Source of the DNA: Gemmatimonadaceae bacterium
GTDB lineage: Bacteria; Gemmatimonadota; Gemmatimonadetes; Gemmatimonadales; Gemmatimonadaceae
Assembly: GCA_045803545.1 (NCBI GenBank)
Contig: JBJMOW010000004.1
Span: 992,001 to 1,056,000 of the forward strand
Direction of reading: 5' to 3'
DNA: 64,000 nt
The first letter of the stretch is position 1. Each line of letters starts with the position of its first letter. The notes under the pieces are model-generated. The model was not told where the DNA came from and did not search any database. It saw only the letters and a list, made by a program, of their open reading frames with translations. Below, in pieces: positions 9,189-20,277 of this stretch. Made by a program: the position numbers and the translations under genes.

Positions 9189-10610
9189 ATGCCGAAGACC
9201 GGTACGACCGCAGCACCCCCCACCAAGAAGAAGGGTTCCAGCGACGGTAATGAAGCCGCAGCAGCCAAAGGCTCAGCAAAAAAGGCTGGCGCGCCATCGT
9301 CGAACGGGGCCACAATCGACATAAAAGACAACCGTAACAACAAGAGCTACTCCGTTCCAATTGTCGAGTGCGCAATTCGCGCCACCGAGCTCAAGAAGAT
9401 CAAGACTGACGACCCGAATGACTCGGGTCTCATGAGCTACGATCCTGCCTTTCTGAACACGGCTTCGTGCCGCAGCGCCATTACCTACATCGACGGCGAC
9501 AAAGGCATTCTGCGTTACCGCGGCTATCCGATCGAGCAGCTAGCCGAAAAGGCAAGTTTCCTCGAAGTAGCGTGGCTGCTGAGGAAGGGTGAACTCCCGA
9601 CACAGCAGGACTACGATCGGTTCGTACACGACGTGACGTGGCACACCTATGTCCACGAGAACTTCCGCAAGTTCCTCGAGGGCTTTCGCTACGACGCGCA
9701 TCCGATGGCAATCCTCAACAGCGGCATCGCGGCGCTGGCATCCTTCTATCCGACATCCCGGAATATCTTCGACGAGAGAGAGCGCGACATCTCCATGGTC
9801 CGCCTCCTCGCCAAGACGCCGACGATCGCCGCCTTCTCATATCGGCACGTTAAGGGAATGCCGTTCGTCTATCCTGACAATCGGCTTTCGTACGTCGAGA
9901 ACTTCCTCTCGATGATCAACCGGATGAGCGAGTCGAAGTACGAGGCTAATCCGGTTTTCGTGCGCGCACTGGAGATTCTGTTCATCCTCCACGCCGACCA
10001 CGAGCAAAACTGCTCCACCAGCGCTGTGCGTGCTGTGGGATCGTCACACGTCGATCCATTCTCGGCGATGTCGTCTGGGGTGGCGGCGTTGTTCGGGCCG
10101 CTCCACGGCGGCGCCAACGAGCAGGTCCTCCGCATGATCACCGAGATCGGCAACGTGAAGAACGTGCCGAAGTTCATCGAGGGCGTGAAGAGTGGGGAGG
10201 GCGGCCGCCTGATGGGATTTGGCCACCGTGTTTACAAGAGTTACGACCCGCGCGCCAAAATCGTGAAGAGACTTGCCGATGATGTGTTCAAGATCGTTGG
10301 CGTCGACAAGGATCTCGAGATTGCCCTCGAGCTGGAGCGTATTGCGCTCTCCGACGAATACTTCGTTTCGCGCAAGCTGTATCCTAACGTCGATTTCTAT
10401 ACCGGATTGATCTACCGGTCGATGGGATTTCCGACGGATTTCTTCACGGTGCTGTTCGCGATTGCACGAATGTCGGGGTGGCTTGCTCAGTGGGAGGAGA
10501 TGCTGCTCGATAAAGAGCAGAAGATTGCGCGGCCGCGGCAGATCTACATTGGCCCGTCCGAGCGACCCTACGCCAGCAAGCTCAGTAGAAAGTCCGGCAG
10601 CGCGAGCTGA
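9189..10610 (+). CDS. gltA: Citrate synthase
   Basis: HADHEQNCST, GPLHGGAN, GFGHRVYK and YPNVDFY motifs. Confidence 0.97.
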   Translation: MPKTGTTAAPPTKKKGSSDGNEAAAAKGSAKKAGAPSSNGATIDIKDNRNNKSYSVPIVECAIRATELKKIKTDDPNDSGLMSYDPAFLNTASCRSAITYIDGDKGILRYRGYPIEQLAEKASFLEVAWLLRKGELPTQQDYDRFVHDVTWHTYVHENFRKFLEGFRYDAHPMAILNSGIAALASFYPTSRNIFDERERDISMVRLLAKTPTIAAFSYRHVKGMPFVYPDNRLSYVENFLSMINRMSESKYEANPVFVRALEILFILHADHEQNCSTSAVRAVGSSHVDPFSAMSSGVAALFGPLHGGANEQVLRMITEIGNVKNVPKFIEGVKSGEGGRLMGFGHRVYKSYDPRAKIVKRLADDVFKIVGVDKDLEIALELERIALSDEYFVSRKLYPNVDFYTGLIYRSMGFPTDFFTVLFAIARMSGWLAQWEEMLLDKEQKIARPRQIYIGPSERPYASKLSRKSGSAS

Positions 10611-10627
10611 TCGAAGAATACAAAGAC

Positions 10628-10659
10628 AGAAGCCCGGGACTTTCCGGGCTTTTCTTTTT
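10628..10659 (+). terminator. Intrinsic terminator after gltA
   Basis: AAGCCCGG/CCGGGCTT stem followed by a T-tract. Confidence 0.8.
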
Positions 10660-10692
10660 ATGAGTCAGCGATCTTCCCGCACCCGATGCGCA

Positions 10693-11625
10693 TCACTCAA
10701 GCACCGCTCCATCGACCATTTTATCAGTGACGATTACCTCAGCGGCGTGCCCGAGTGACTGCCAGGCGGACTGCATCGCGACGCCGACTTTCGTCGCCGT
10801 TGCTCGTGGCGCTACTGCGACGATTGTCGATCCGGAACCGCTCAGAGTCGCCCCGAACGCGCCAATTTTCACCGCAGCGTCGACGATTGAGTCGTAGCCA
10901 GGCATCAGTTGCCGGCGAAATGGGACGTGGAGCAGGTCATCGAGCGCAAAGCTCAGTAGAGTTTTGTCTCCGCTGCTCATTCCCTCAATGAGTGCTGCGG
11001 ATTTGGCAGCAGCTGTCACTGCGATGGCGTGCGAAACCGTCTTCGGGAGTACAGCTCGAGCCTCCGACGTGAGTAGCTCGAGATCAGGTACAGCAAACAC
11101 CAGGGCAAGTCCGGCATGAATGCGCAGCCGAGCAAAGGCGTACTTCCCCCTGTTATCCACGGGGATGCCGAGCATTGCGCCACCGAACACCGATGGCGCG
11201 GCATTGTCGGGATGACCCTCGTAACGTGCGCACAGCGTCGCGATCGCTTCGGGGTCGAGATCGAGATCGAGCGAGCCCTTCGCCAGAAAGGCGCCCGCGA
11301 CGAGAGCTGCCGCCGAAGCGCCAAGTCCGCGCGCGACGGGGATCGTCGATGTAACGTCGTATGCGACGCCACGAGGCACAGGCCTGTCGCAGGCATCGCA
11401 CGCCAGTCGAAATCCGACGTGCACGAGATCTCCCTCGGCGTCATGCGACAACCTGGCAATTGCTCCACCACGCGTCATTGTCACCGATGACGATTTGTCG
11501 CTCACTTCGACAGACGCGCTGAGCCATCGGTCGACTGCTACGCCGACACAATCGAATCCGGCGCCAAGATTGGATGTGCTTGCCGGAGCTCTAACGCGCG
11601 CCGTCGTCAGCGGCTTCGATTTCAT
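10693..11625 (-). CDS. thrB: Homoserine kinase
   Basis: PASTSNLGAGFD, IPVARGLGASAA (GHMP), EGHPDN, LSGSGST. Confidence 0.95.
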   Translation of the reverse strand: MKSKPLTTARVRAPASTSNLGAGFDCVGVAVDRWLSASVEVSDKSSSVTMTRGGAIARLSHDAEGDLVHVGFRLACDACDRPVPRGVAYDVTSTIPVARGLGASAAALVAGAFLAKGSLDLDLDPEAIATLCARYEGHPDNAAPSVFGGAMLGIPVDNRGKYAFARLRIHAGLALVFAVPDLELLTSEARAVLPKTVSHAIAVTAAAKSAALIEGMSSGDKTLLSFALDDLLHVPFRRQLMPGYDSIVDAAVKIGAFGATLSGSGSTIVAVAPRATATKVGVAMQSAWQSLGHAAEVIVTDKMVDGAVLE

Positions 11626-12923
11626 CGGCGCTGCCCGGTGCCAGACTCCAGGACTTGCTCGACTGCTTCGATCGAGGCGTCGATCTCAATTGGTGGATTC
11701 GCCAGCGCCTGCTTCCCATCCTTGTGGTAGTCGATCAGGATGCCAGGATCCTTGAGGATGTGCCCCGTGAGAACCGCGACGACCCGCTCTCCTTTGCGAA
11801 TGGTTCCGTCCCGAACGAGTCGGCGCACACCCGCCACGCTCGCCGCACTCGCCGGCTCACATCCGACCCCGTTGGCGTCGATGACGGCTTTCGCCTCAAG
11901 GATCTCCGCGTCCGGTACGTCCAGTACCACGCCGTCGTTCTCGCGAATTGCGCGCACGCCGCGTTCGTACGACGCCGGATCGCCAATCTTGATCGCTGTC
12001 GCAACGGTCTCAGCGTGAACAGCTTCGCGCTTGGCGAAGCCTGACCTGAAACTGCGCGCGAACGGCGCTGCTCCTTCTGCCTGCACCGCAGCGAGCCTGG
12101 GCGAAGAGTCAATCAATCCGTTCTCGCGAGCCTGGCGCAGCGCCGCCCCGAATGCCGCGGTATTCCCGAGGTTACCGGCCGGGACAACAATCCAGTCCGG
12201 TGCGCGCCAGTCGAGCTGTTGCAGCAGATCGAACACGATTGTCGTTTGCCCGGCGATCCGAAACGGATTTATGGAGTTCACCAAATAGACTCCCAGCTTC
12301 TCCGACGCCTCCCGAGCCAGGCGCAGACACGCGTCGAAATCGCCGCGCACCATCAAGGTTCGGGCGCCGTATGCCAGTGTCTGCGCCAGCTTGCCGAGTG
12401 CGATTTGACCGGATGGCACCAGCACAATCGCCGGAATCCCGGCGAGAGTTGCGTACGCTGCCAACGACGCTGAGGTGTTGCCCGTCGACGCACATGATAC
12501 GGCGCGCGCACCGATACGCTTCGCGTTGCTCACCGCGACCGTCATTCCGCGATCCTTGAAGGACCCGGTTGGATTGTGCCCCTCGTGTTTGAGCCAGAGC
12601 TCCGCTGAACCGGCCCATCGTGCGACCGTGTCGCGTTGGAGTAGTGGAGTGTTGCCCTCCCATTGAGTGACGATGTCTACATCGGCGATTGTCGGCAGTA
12701 CAAGCTCACGAAATCGCCAGACGCCGGATCTTCCCACGTCACTCCCGCCTCGAGCAGCAGACGGCGCCAAACGGCGATCGAACATCTCTCGCAGCACGAG
12801 ACCCCGCTCGTCCGGCGCGTCAGATTCCAGTGAAAGCAATCCGCCACATTTCCCACAGGCGGTCCTCGAGTCGAGCTCGCTCCACTCAGTCGCGCACGAC
12901 TCGCAACGCAAGCGTGTCGGCAC
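11622..12923 (-). CDS. thrC: Threonine synthase
   Basis: NPTGSFKDRGM PLP lysine motif, CASTGNTSAS, PAGNLGN, N-terminal Zn-ribbon cysteines. Confidence 0.95.
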   Translation of the reverse strand: MPTRLRCESCATEWSELDSRTACGKCGGLLSLESDAPDERGLVLREMFDRRLAPSAARGGSDVGRSGVWRFRELVLPTIADVDIVTQWEGNTPLLQRDTVARWAGSAELWLKHEGHNPTGSFKDRGMTVAVSNAKRIGARAVSCASTGNTSASLAAYATLAGIPAIVLVPSGQIALGKLAQTLAYGARTLMVRGDFDACLRLAREASEKLGVYLVNSINPFRIAGQTTIVFDLLQQLDWRAPDWIVVPAGNLGNTAAFGAALRQARENGLIDSSPRLAAVQAEGAAPFARSFRSGFAKREAVHAETVATAIKIGDPASYERGVRAIRENDGVVLDVPDAEILEAKAVIDANGVGCEPASAASVAGVRRLVRDGTIRKGERVVAVLTGHILKDPGILIDYHKDGKQALANPPIEIDASIEAVEQVLESGTGQRR

Positions 12924-15440
12924 TCAGCGCGATCCTGCGAGCTTCAACACATCGTTGAGCACGCCTGCTGCGGTCACTGCCGCTCCAGCACCTGGCCCGG
13001 TAATGACTAACGGGTTCGCCCGATAGCGACGCGTGGTGAACGAAAAGTGGTTGTCAGTTCCCGCCAGCGACGCCAGCGAGCTCTTCGCGTCGACCGCCAC
13101 GATTCCGACCCGCGCCTCTCGCTTCGTTACGGTCGCGCGATAGCGAAGCACAGTACCGGCCTCGCGTGCGTCGCGGATGCGTGCCACCCAATCTGCGTCC
13201 GCTTCGCTCAGTCTTTTTAGGAAAACGTCGAGTGGAGCCTCGCGCATCGGTTCGGGCACCAGTGACTCGACTTCAACATCCGAAATCTCTCCGGAGAATC
13301 CGATGAGTCGGCCAAGAATCAGCGCTTTGCGCGCGACGTCCATGCCGGACAAATCGTCGCGCGGATCGGGTTCAGTGTAGCCGAGCTGCATTGCCGTTTT
13401 CAGCGCAACAGAAAAGGCAGTTCCTCGTCCCATCTCGCTCAACAAGTACCCAAGCGTCCCCGATGGAGAGCCCTCGACTCGCAGAATCTGATCGCCAGAC
13501 TCGGCCAGTTTCTGAATAGTGTCAATGATTGGCAGGCCGGCGCCCACAGTCGCTTCATGAAGTAGTCGTCGATCATGGGTCGCTGTTGCCACAGCCAACA
13601 TCTGCGCGTCAGTGTTGCTGCCTGCGAGTGGCCGCTTGTTGGCAAGGACGACGTCCATACCCCGCTCGATCGCATGTATGAGAACCGGCACAGTGTCGCC
13701 GGCTGTGACATCGACCAGTATGGGTCTGGACAGCGCGTGTCCCGTGATTGCGGCAATCGCCTCGTGTGCTGTCGCCCGCACACCTCGTCTCACGCCGGAG
13801 AGGGGCGTTCGCGCCGCCTTGGCGTCTGCTAACGCCTCCAGTCGCTTCGCCGAAAATCCGCGCGCATCGAAGACGTATCCGCTGCGATCCACGACTCCCA
13901 CGATGCGCGCCTGGCCGTCTGCTGCGTGCGCTGAGCGATTTGCCATCTGCATCGCCAGCTCGCGGCCAATCTGCCCAAAGCCGAGGATGACCACGTCCGC
14001 GTGTTCTGGATGGACGGCTGTCCCACCACCGATTTTGCCGAGGCGGAACGCGTGATGAATTGCGCGTTGGGCCTTCGCGGCGTCGTTGCCTTCGATGACC
14101 ACCGAGATGTTGAGCTCGCTCGCACCCTGCGCAATCGCCACGACGTTGACCTCTTCGTCGGCCAGCGCACCGAACAGCCGCGCCGCGACCCCGGGCGTGC
14201 CCGCCATGCCGAGGCCAACTACTGCGATTGTCGCCAGATCGGGACGCACTTCTATCGCGTCGATCTCGTGCCGCGCCAGCTCGGCGGCGAAGGCTTCGCG
14301 CAAAGCAGCCGCTGCAACATCGGCTGCCGTGCTCGGGATGCCCATGCAGATCGAATGTTCCGACGAAGCCTGCGAGATCAGCGACACCGAGACACCCGCG
14401 CGCTCGAGTGCGCCGAATGCGCGAGCGGCTACGCCGGGAACGCCAACCATGCCATTCCCCGCAATCGTTACCAGCGTTTGTCCCGAGATCGCGGTTAATG
14501 CTTTGACCGGACGTCGAGTACGGCGAGCACCCTCCCGTCGCTCTCTCTCTACGACAATCTCTGTTCCGGGTGCGGATGGATCTGCGTAAGGGCGAATGAC
14601 GAGACGCGTTCCCGGCTGCATTGCGATCAGCGATCGGGGATGCAACACCTTCGCCCCGTAATACGCGAGCTCCGATGCCTCGCGGATGTGCAGAGTCGGA
14701 ATCAGTCTGGCATCGGGTACGACACGCGGATCAGCGGTCAGCAGACCAGGCACATCCTTCCAGAGCACTACCTCCCGCGCGCCGAGCACTCTGCCGAGCA
14801 CGGTTGCAGTGAGATCCGACCCGCCGCGCCCCAGCGTGACTACCTCTCCATCCCGCGAGCGTCCAACGAACCCGGGCACCACTGGGACGACGCCTCGATC
14901 GAGGAGAGGGCGCAGTAGTTCGTTCGCCACTGCCATCGTTCGCTCGATATCGGGTGCAGCGTTGCCGTGCGGCCCGTCCGCGCGAATGATGTCGACGGCG
15001 TCGACGAACTGCGCTTGCGTGCCTGTAATGTTCAGCGCGGCTGCGAGCAAACGTGCAGAGAGGCGGTCACCGTAGGAAAGGAGTTCGTCGCTCAACGCTG
15101 AGGGAAACTCACGATGTGCTGCAAGGCGCGAGATGGCCTCTTTCAAAACATCGAAGACCTTGGCGAGCTCGGTCTTTAGTTCCTCGTCTATACCGAGTGC
15201 GCGACCAACGGCAATGTGTCTCTCTCGGAGCACGTCAATGGCGCTTGTTGAAGATTTGCGATCGGCTGCCGTATGCGCCATTACGACCAACTCGTCAGTG
15301 ACTCCGAGCATCGCCGATGCCACGATGAGTTTCTGCGATTTGTCGCGCGCGATAATAGCGATGACAGCGCGGATTGCGCCGGCGTCAGCGAGTGCGGCGC
15401 CGCCGAATTTGTGGATGTCGATGGTAGGCAGTGATCTCAT
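12924..15440 (-). CDS. thrA: Bifunctional aspartokinase/homoserine dehydrogenase
   Basis: HKFGG, TLGRGGSD, two ACT domains, GFGQIG Rossmann motif, EATVGAGLP, EPDPRDDLSGMDVARK. Confidence 0.95.
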   Translation of the reverse strand: MRSLPTIDIHKFGGAALADAGAIRAVIAIIARDKSQKLIVASAMLGVTDELVVMAHTAADRKSSTSAIDVLRERHIAVGRALGIDEELKTELAKVFDVLKEAISRLAAHREFPSALSDELLSYGDRLSARLLAAALNITGTQAQFVDAVDIIRADGPHGNAAPDIERTMAVANELLRPLLDRGVVPVVPGFVGRSRDGEVVTLGRGGSDLTATVLGRVLGAREVVLWKDVPGLLTADPRVVPDARLIPTLHIREASELAYYGAKVLHPRSLIAMQPGTRLVIRPYADPSAPGTEIVVERERREGARRTRRPVKALTAISGQTLVTIAGNGMVGVPGVAARAFGALERAGVSVSLISQASSEHSICMGIPSTAADVAAAALREAFAAELARHEIDAIEVRPDLATIAVVGLGMAGTPGVAARLFGALADEEVNVVAIAQGASELNISVVIEGNDAAKAQRAIHHAFRLGKIGGGTAVHPEHADVVILGFGQIGRELAMQMANRSAHAADGQARIVGVVDRSGYVFDARGFSAKRLEALADAKAARTPLSGVRRGVRATAHEAIAAITGHALSRPILVDVTAGDTVPVLIHAIERGMDVVLANKRPLAGSNTDAQMLAVATATHDRRLLHEATVGAGLPIIDTIQKLAESGDQILRVEGSPSGTLGYLLSEMGRGTAFSVALKTAMQLGYTEPDPRDDLSGMDVARKALILGRLIGFSGEISDVEVESLVPEPMREAPLDVFLKRLSEADADWVARIRDAREAGTVLRYRATVTKREARVGIVAVDAKSSLASLAGTDNHFSFTTRRYRANPLVITGPGAGAAVTAAGVLNDVLKLAGSR

Positions 15441-15504
15441 CAGCCGATCAGACAGAACCTATGCGTGGTCGGCGCTTCGGCCAGACTGAACTCTGCGGAT
15501 TACC

Positions 15505-17154
15505 CTACCGGCGGTAACCCGGACCCCTCAGTGCCCGGCCCGGTAGCGCATTGGTCGGTTTACCACCGTCGAGGACCGCCACGCCATTCACGAAGACGTA
15601 GTTGATGCCACTCGCGATCTGCGACGGATTCTCAAAGGTGGCGTTGTCGATAACGGTGCTTGGATCGAACACCGTGATGTCGGCAAACATGCCCGGCTTC
15701 AATAATCCCCGATCTTCGATGCCCACACGCTGCGCCGCGAGCGAGGTCATTTTGCGGATCGCGAATTCCAGCGTAATCACCGAATCCTGTCGCACGTAGC
15801 GTCCAAGAATGCGCGGAAAGGTTCCGAAGCCGCGGGGATGGCCGCGATCCCGAAACTTGCCGGTCGAATCAGGACTCACCGCGCCGGCGTCCTGGCCGAC
15901 GGAAACCCACGGTTGGCGCATCGCATAACGGAGAGCGTCTTCGTTGAACGAGAAATAGATCGCGCTGGTCCGCGCGCTGTCAGCGATCAGAATGTCGAAT
16001 GCCGCGTCGTAAGCATCCTGCCCGCGCATCTTGCCGATATCAGTAAGAAACTTGCCCTGATAGATCTTCAGCGAATCGGCGCCGACCTCGTTGACCATCG
16101 TGCGTGCTGCCGTGCGAATGCCCTGCGCGCTGTCCGCACCAAGCTCCTCTTTCAGCCGCGCGCGGACCGCTGGTAACCTTAGTCGGGCGATGAGCGAATC
16201 GTCGCCGCCCTCCTGCACCCAGGTATTCAGCATTGCCTGCAGGCTGGTTCCGCTGGCGATGTAGGGGTATTGGTCAGCCGTGATGTCGATACCCGCGCGT
16301 CGAGCTGAATCGATCAATGCGACCGCCTGTTGCATCTGCTCCAGCGATCGAGACTTGATGTGTCGAATCTCGGCCCATGTATTCGCCCCGGCCGCGATGC
16401 GAATCGTCTCCCTGATTGCATCGAGAAGCCCGGCGCCTTCGCTCCTGATGTGCGCCGCATAACCGCCCTTGTACGGCGTCGCGTACTTCGTCAGCGCGAT
16501 CAGCTCGTCGGTCGAGAAGAAAGTGCTGGGCAGATAAATCAGTCCTGTGCCGACCCCAAACGCCCCGTCGCGCATCGCCGAGTCGATGAGAGCGCCCATC
16601 TGCCGCATCTCGGCGTCGGTCGGATGTCTCGTCGCATCTCCCATCACCGCTTCGCGCACCGAGCTCGTACCGACGTAGGTGCCCAGATTTATGGCGGTGC
16701 CGCTTTTCTCGAGAAACGCGAAGTACTCGCTGAGCGAGCGCCACGGATAACGCGGATTTGGCTGTCTCCCGAGCGCGACGTTGGGCCACGCCGACGACAC
16801 CTCGCCGGTTATCTCACTCGTGATCCCCTGAGTGGTTTTCGATACCGCGTGCGGGCCGCGCAGAATCACGAACTCGCTGTGGCCGAGCATGTCGATGAAC
16901 CCTGGCGCAACTACCTGTTCGTGCGCGTCGATCACCCGCGCTGCGGTCATTCCATTGAGCGCCGCGCCCACATAAGCAATGCGATCGCCGCGCGTCGCAA
17001 CCGCTCCCCGGTACCACGGATTCCCGGTACCGTCGACGATTCGGGCGTTGGTGATCAGAACGTCATATGACGCTGATCCAGGGGCGCGCGGCACCGATGC
17101 ACAGGCAACGACGAGTCCGATCGCGAGAGTTGGGAAGACTCCGGTGATTCGCAT
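15505..17154 (-). CDS. N-acyl-D-amino-acid deacylase (D-aminoacylase) family amidohydrolase, probably exported
   Basis: APGFIDMLGHSE, GLIYLP, HIRSE, ADQYPY, HPRGFGTFPR; signal or lipoprotein-like N-terminus. Confidence 0.88.
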   Translation of the reverse strand: MRITGVFPTLAIGLVVACASVPRAPGSASYDVLITNARIVDGTGNPWYRGAVATRGDRIAYVGAALNGMTAARVIDAHEQVVAPGFIDMLGHSEFVILRGPHAVSKTTQGITSEITGEVSSAWPNVALGRQPNPRYPWRSLSEYFAFLEKSGTAINLGTYVGTSSVREAVMGDATRHPTDAEMRQMGALIDSAMRDGAFGVGTGLIYLPSTFFSTDELIALTKYATPYKGGYAAHIRSEGAGLLDAIRETIRIAAGANTWAEIRHIKSRSLEQMQQAVALIDSARRAGIDITADQYPYIASGTSLQAMLNTWVQEGGDDSLIARLRLPAVRARLKEELGADSAQGIRTAARTMVNEVGADSLKIYQGKFLTDIGKMRGQDAYDAAFDILIADSARTSAIYFSFNEDALRYAMRQPWVSVGQDAGAVSPDSTGKFRDRGHPRGFGTFPRILGRYVRQDSVITLEFAIRKMTSLAAQRVGIEDRGLLKPGMFADITVFDPSTVIDNATFENPSQIASGINYVFVNGVAVLDGGKPTNALPGRALRGPGYRR

Positions 17155-17171
17155 GCGCTCAATTTGTGGAG

Positions 17172-18452
17172 TTACGAGATCTTCTGCGTCTTCTTCCGCA
17201 AGAAGTCCATCAGAATGAACTGCCCCAACGTCATCGTGTTGGTGAAATACGCTTTGCCGCGACTAATCTCAGACACGCGCTTTACGAATTCAACGAGCGC
17301 ACGGTCCCGCGCCAGCATGAAGGTGTTGATCAGAATGCCGGCCCGTCGACAATTCGCTACTTCTCGCAGCGTCGTCGCGATGACTGTACTGTCGAGTCCC
17401 ATCGAGTTCTTGTAGATCTGGCCGTTGGGCATCGTCATCGCGCTCGGCTTGCCGTCGGTGATCATCACGATCTGCCGCATGTCTTTCTTCTGCGCCATCA
17501 GAAGGCGGCGCGCGAGCTTCAGCCCTTCCGCGGTGTTGGTGTGATACGGACCGACCTGCGCTTGCGGCAACGTCGAGAGCGGAATCTCTTCAGCGGAGTC
17601 GTGGAACAGCACCACCTGCAGCGTATCGCCGGGAAACTGGGTGCGAATGAGATGCGTCAGCGCGAGCGCGACTTTCTTCGCCGGGGTGAATCGATCTTCA
17701 CCGTAGAGAATCATCGAGTGCGATGTGTCGAGCATGAGCACCGTTGCGCACGACGAGCGATACTCTGCCTGACGCACCATCAGATCCTCGTAGTCGATAT
17801 CCATCGGCACTTCGAGTGATCCGGTACGCAGGAGCGAGTTCTTGAGAGTCTCGTTGACATCCATGTTGAGAACGTCGCCGAACTCGTACGACTTGCTGTA
17901 GCCGTCGGCCTCGATTCCCGTCGCCAAATGAGGCGTGTCGTGCGATCCGAAGCTCGACTTGCCGAGCGAGCTGAGGATGTGGCGCAGGCTCTTGTAGCCG
18001 AGGAAGTCGATGCCTTTATCGGTGAGATTGAACTGCACGCTCTTCGACGCCGCTTGCGCCAGGCTTCCTTTGCCGGTGACTGGCTGATGACCGGCCGGCA
18101 TCTGCGGCGGGGCTTGAAGGTTCAGATAACCTTCCTGCGCCAGTCGCTGGATCAGCTGATCGAGGAGCTCACCGAGTTTCTGCTGTGATTCCTTGTTGCC
18201 GTCGCCCCGGAGCGCTTCCAGCAGATCGGGGGTGAACTGGCCGCTCTCGATAAGGGCGTCGAGTATCGCCTGCCGCAATGCTTCGACCGAGTGATCGGGC
18301 TCCGAATCGAAATCGTCAAAGTACGGATTGAAGCTCTGTCCGCCGGCGAAACCTGATTGCAGCAGAAAATCGGCGAGCTTATCCAGCAGCGCCTGCAGAT
18401 CGACGGCATCAGCAGCTTCCGGACTGAACTTCGAATAGGTGTGGAAGCGCAT
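17172..18452 (-). CDS. VWA domain protein (partner type of MoxR/chelatase-like ATPases)
   Basis: MIDAS motif DTSHS...T...ITDG. Start set at MRFHTYSKF (18452). Confidence 0.85.
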   Translation of the reverse strand: MRFHTYSKFSPEAADAVDLQALLDKLADFLLQSGFAGGQSFNPYFDDFDSEPDHSVEALRQAILDALIESGQFTPDLLEALRGDGNKESQQKLGELLDQLIQRLAQEGYLNLQAPPQMPAGHQPVTGKGSLAQAASKSVQFNLTDKGIDFLGYKSLRHILSSLGKSSFGSHDTPHLATGIEADGYSKSYEFGDVLNMDVNETLKNSLLRTGSLEVPMDIDYEDLMVRQAEYRSSCATVLMLDTSHSMILYGEDRFTPAKKVALALTHLIRTQFPGDTLQVVLFHDSAEEIPLSTLPQAQVGPYHTNTAEGLKLARRLLMAQKKDMRQIVMITDGKPSAMTMPNGQIYKNSMGLDSTVIATTLREVANCRRAGILINTFMLARDRALVEFVKRVSEISRGKAYFTNTMTLGQFILMDFLRKKTQKIS

Positions 18453-18485
18453 AACCCAAACATACAGCCGGGGACGCAGAGCGTG

Positions 18486-18491
18486 TATAAT
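18486..18491 (+). promoter_or_regulatory. Putative -10 box (TATAAT) of the MFS gene
   Basis: Perfect TATAAT 10 nt before ATG 18502 in a short divergent intergenic region. Confidence 0.45.
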
Positions 18492-18501
18492 CCTCTGCGG
18501 C

Positions 18502-19794
18502 ATGGCTAACCCGATTGGAGGCCCCGCGACCACACCGACCGCTCCCCGAAAATCGGTGCCGACGCCGCCCCGTGCCCGCCCGCGCTCGATCAACCCATTC
18601 AGAGCGCTTCAGGTCCACCGGAATTTCCGACTCTTCTGGATCGGTCAGACTGTCTCGCTGATCGGAACGTGGATGCAAACGGTTGGGCAGGGCTGGCTTG
18701 CACTCGAGCTCACCAACAGCGCTTTCCTGGTCGGCGTCGTCAGTGCAGCGGGCAGTTTTCCGGTGCTCCTCCTTTCGCTTTACGGTGGAGTCGTTGCCGA
18801 TCGCTACAACAAACTGCGTATCGTGATCGTGTGCCAGGCCCTGCTGCTCGCAGAGGCGGGAGCGCTGTGGTGGTTTACGTGGTCCGGCCGAATCGATTTC
18901 GTCTCGCTACTGGTTCTCACGACACTCAATGGCGTCATCTCGGCGTTCGAGATTCCCGCGCGCCAGGCGATGATCGTCGAGCTTGTAACGCGCGAAGATC
19001 TGGTCGATGCGATCGCGCTCAACTCCGGCGGATTCAATCTCGCTCGTATCATCGGGCCGTCCATTGCCGCGATCGTGCTCGCCAAGTGGGGAGTCGCTGC
19101 CTGCTTTGCCATCAACGCGGTCAGCTATTTCGCAGTGCTTGGGAGTCTGTTTCAGGTGCGGCTGCCGCGATGGGTCCCGCGAGAATACCTCGTCTCTCCC
19201 ATCGAGCAGTTGAAGCAGGGCTTCCACTACATCCGCTCCAACCGCGCAGTAACGGGCTTGATGGCAGTCGTCGCCGTGTATTCGATCTTCGGCTTTCAGT
19301 ATTTGTCGATGATGCCGGTGATCGCGCGCGATGTGTTGCACACGGGCGCCGGCGGCTACGGTTTGCTTCTTACGTTCGTGGGAATCGGTGCGCTGACGGG
19401 CGCACTCTCCCTCGCCGGACTCGGCGTGCGCATCAAGCGTGGCCGGCTCTACAACATCACCGCCTACGTTTACGCAGGCCTGATCATGCTGTTCGCCCTG
19501 ACACGCTCGGTCCATCTCGCAGCCGCAGCACTGCTGTTCCTTGGTCTGGCGATGTTGATCAATGGCGCGCTGTCCAACGGAATCATCCAGTCCGTCGTGC
19601 CCGACGAGCTGCGCGGCCGCGTCGTCGCCACCTACATCTTCGTATACGTCGGCTTTCCACCAATCGGCTCTTTCCTCGCCGGCCTGCTGGCCGACTACAT
19701 CGGAGTCGAGTGGGCGATATTCGGCGGGGGACTTGTGATGTTGATCTTTGGGATCTGGGCGTTCTCGAAGTATCCGGAGATAAGGTCTGTTTGA
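18502..19794 (+). CDS. MFS transporter (MFS_3/DUF894-like)
   Basis: About 12 TM helices; RNFRLFWIGQ, GGVVADRY, PARQA, VPDELRGRV motifs. Confidence 0.9.
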   Translation: MANPIGGPATTPTAPRKSVPTPPRARPRSINPFRALQVHRNFRLFWIGQTVSLIGTWMQTVGQGWLALELTNSAFLVGVVSAAGSFPVLLLSLYGGVVADRYNKLRIVIVCQALLLAEAGALWWFTWSGRIDFVSLLVLTTLNGVISAFEIPARQAMIVELVTREDLVDAIALNSGGFNLARIIGPSIAAIVLAKWGVAACFAINAVSYFAVLGSLFQVRLPRWVPREYLVSPIEQLKQGFHYIRSNRAVTGLMAVVAVYSIFGFQYLSMMPVIARDVLHTGAGGYGLLLTFVGIGALTGALSLAGLGVRIKRGRLYNITAYVYAGLIMLFALTRSVHLAAAALLFLGLAMLINGALSNGIIQSVVPDELRGRVVATYIFVYVGFPPIGSFLAGLLADYIGVEWAIFGGGLVMLIFGIWAFSKYPEIRSV

Positions 19795-19893
19795 CATCTC
19801 GAAGCGCTTGGAGCTGGGCTCGTCGCTAAACAGCTCCCTAAACTGGTAGCTCCCGGCTTTAGTTCTTTGATTGCCGGCTACGTATCGCGATCT

Positions 19894-20244
19894 CTACGCC
19901 GAGATGTGCCCGCGAAACATGAAGAACACCGCCCCAACTATGCACAACGCCGCCCACAGAAAGTCCAGCCGGGGCGGCTGTCGCATGTAGAAAACGGCGA
20001 ACGGCACGAATACCGTCAGCGTAATCGCCTCCTGCAGAATCTTTAGCTGCGGGAGCGACAGCTCGGTCGCTCCGATTCGATTCGCCGGGATCATGAACAT
20101 GTACTCGAACAACGCGATTCCCCAGCTCAGGATGACAGCGATGTACCACGGCCGGTTGCTGAGATTACGAAGGTGAGCGTACCAGGCGAACGTCATGAAG
20201 ATGTTCGAGATGATCAGCAGGCTCGCCGTTCTGAGAAGTAACAT
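19894..20244 (-). CDS. DMT family small membrane protein (DUF486-type)
   Basis: SNIFMTFAWYAHL...SWGIALFEY...PANRIG...QLKILQE signature. Confidence 0.88.
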   Translation of the reverse strand: MLLLRTASLLIISNIFMTFAWYAHLRNLSNRPWYIAVILSWGIALFEYMFMIPANRIGATELSLPQLKILQEAITLTVFVPFAVFYMRQPPRLDFLWAALCIVGAVFFMFRGHISA

Positions 20245-20277
20245 TTTGTTGTCGAGTGAAGTTAGGGCGGCAGCGAT

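Noticed and set aside
15441..15504. Threonine attenuator or leader peptide upstream of thrA
   Set aside because: No Thr/Ile-rich leader ORF or terminator hairpin visible in the short gap.
18669..19829. Long alternative ORFs over the MFS gene (386 aa +, 296 aa -)
   Set aside because: Arg-rich or motif-less shadow ORFs expected in GC-rich DNA.
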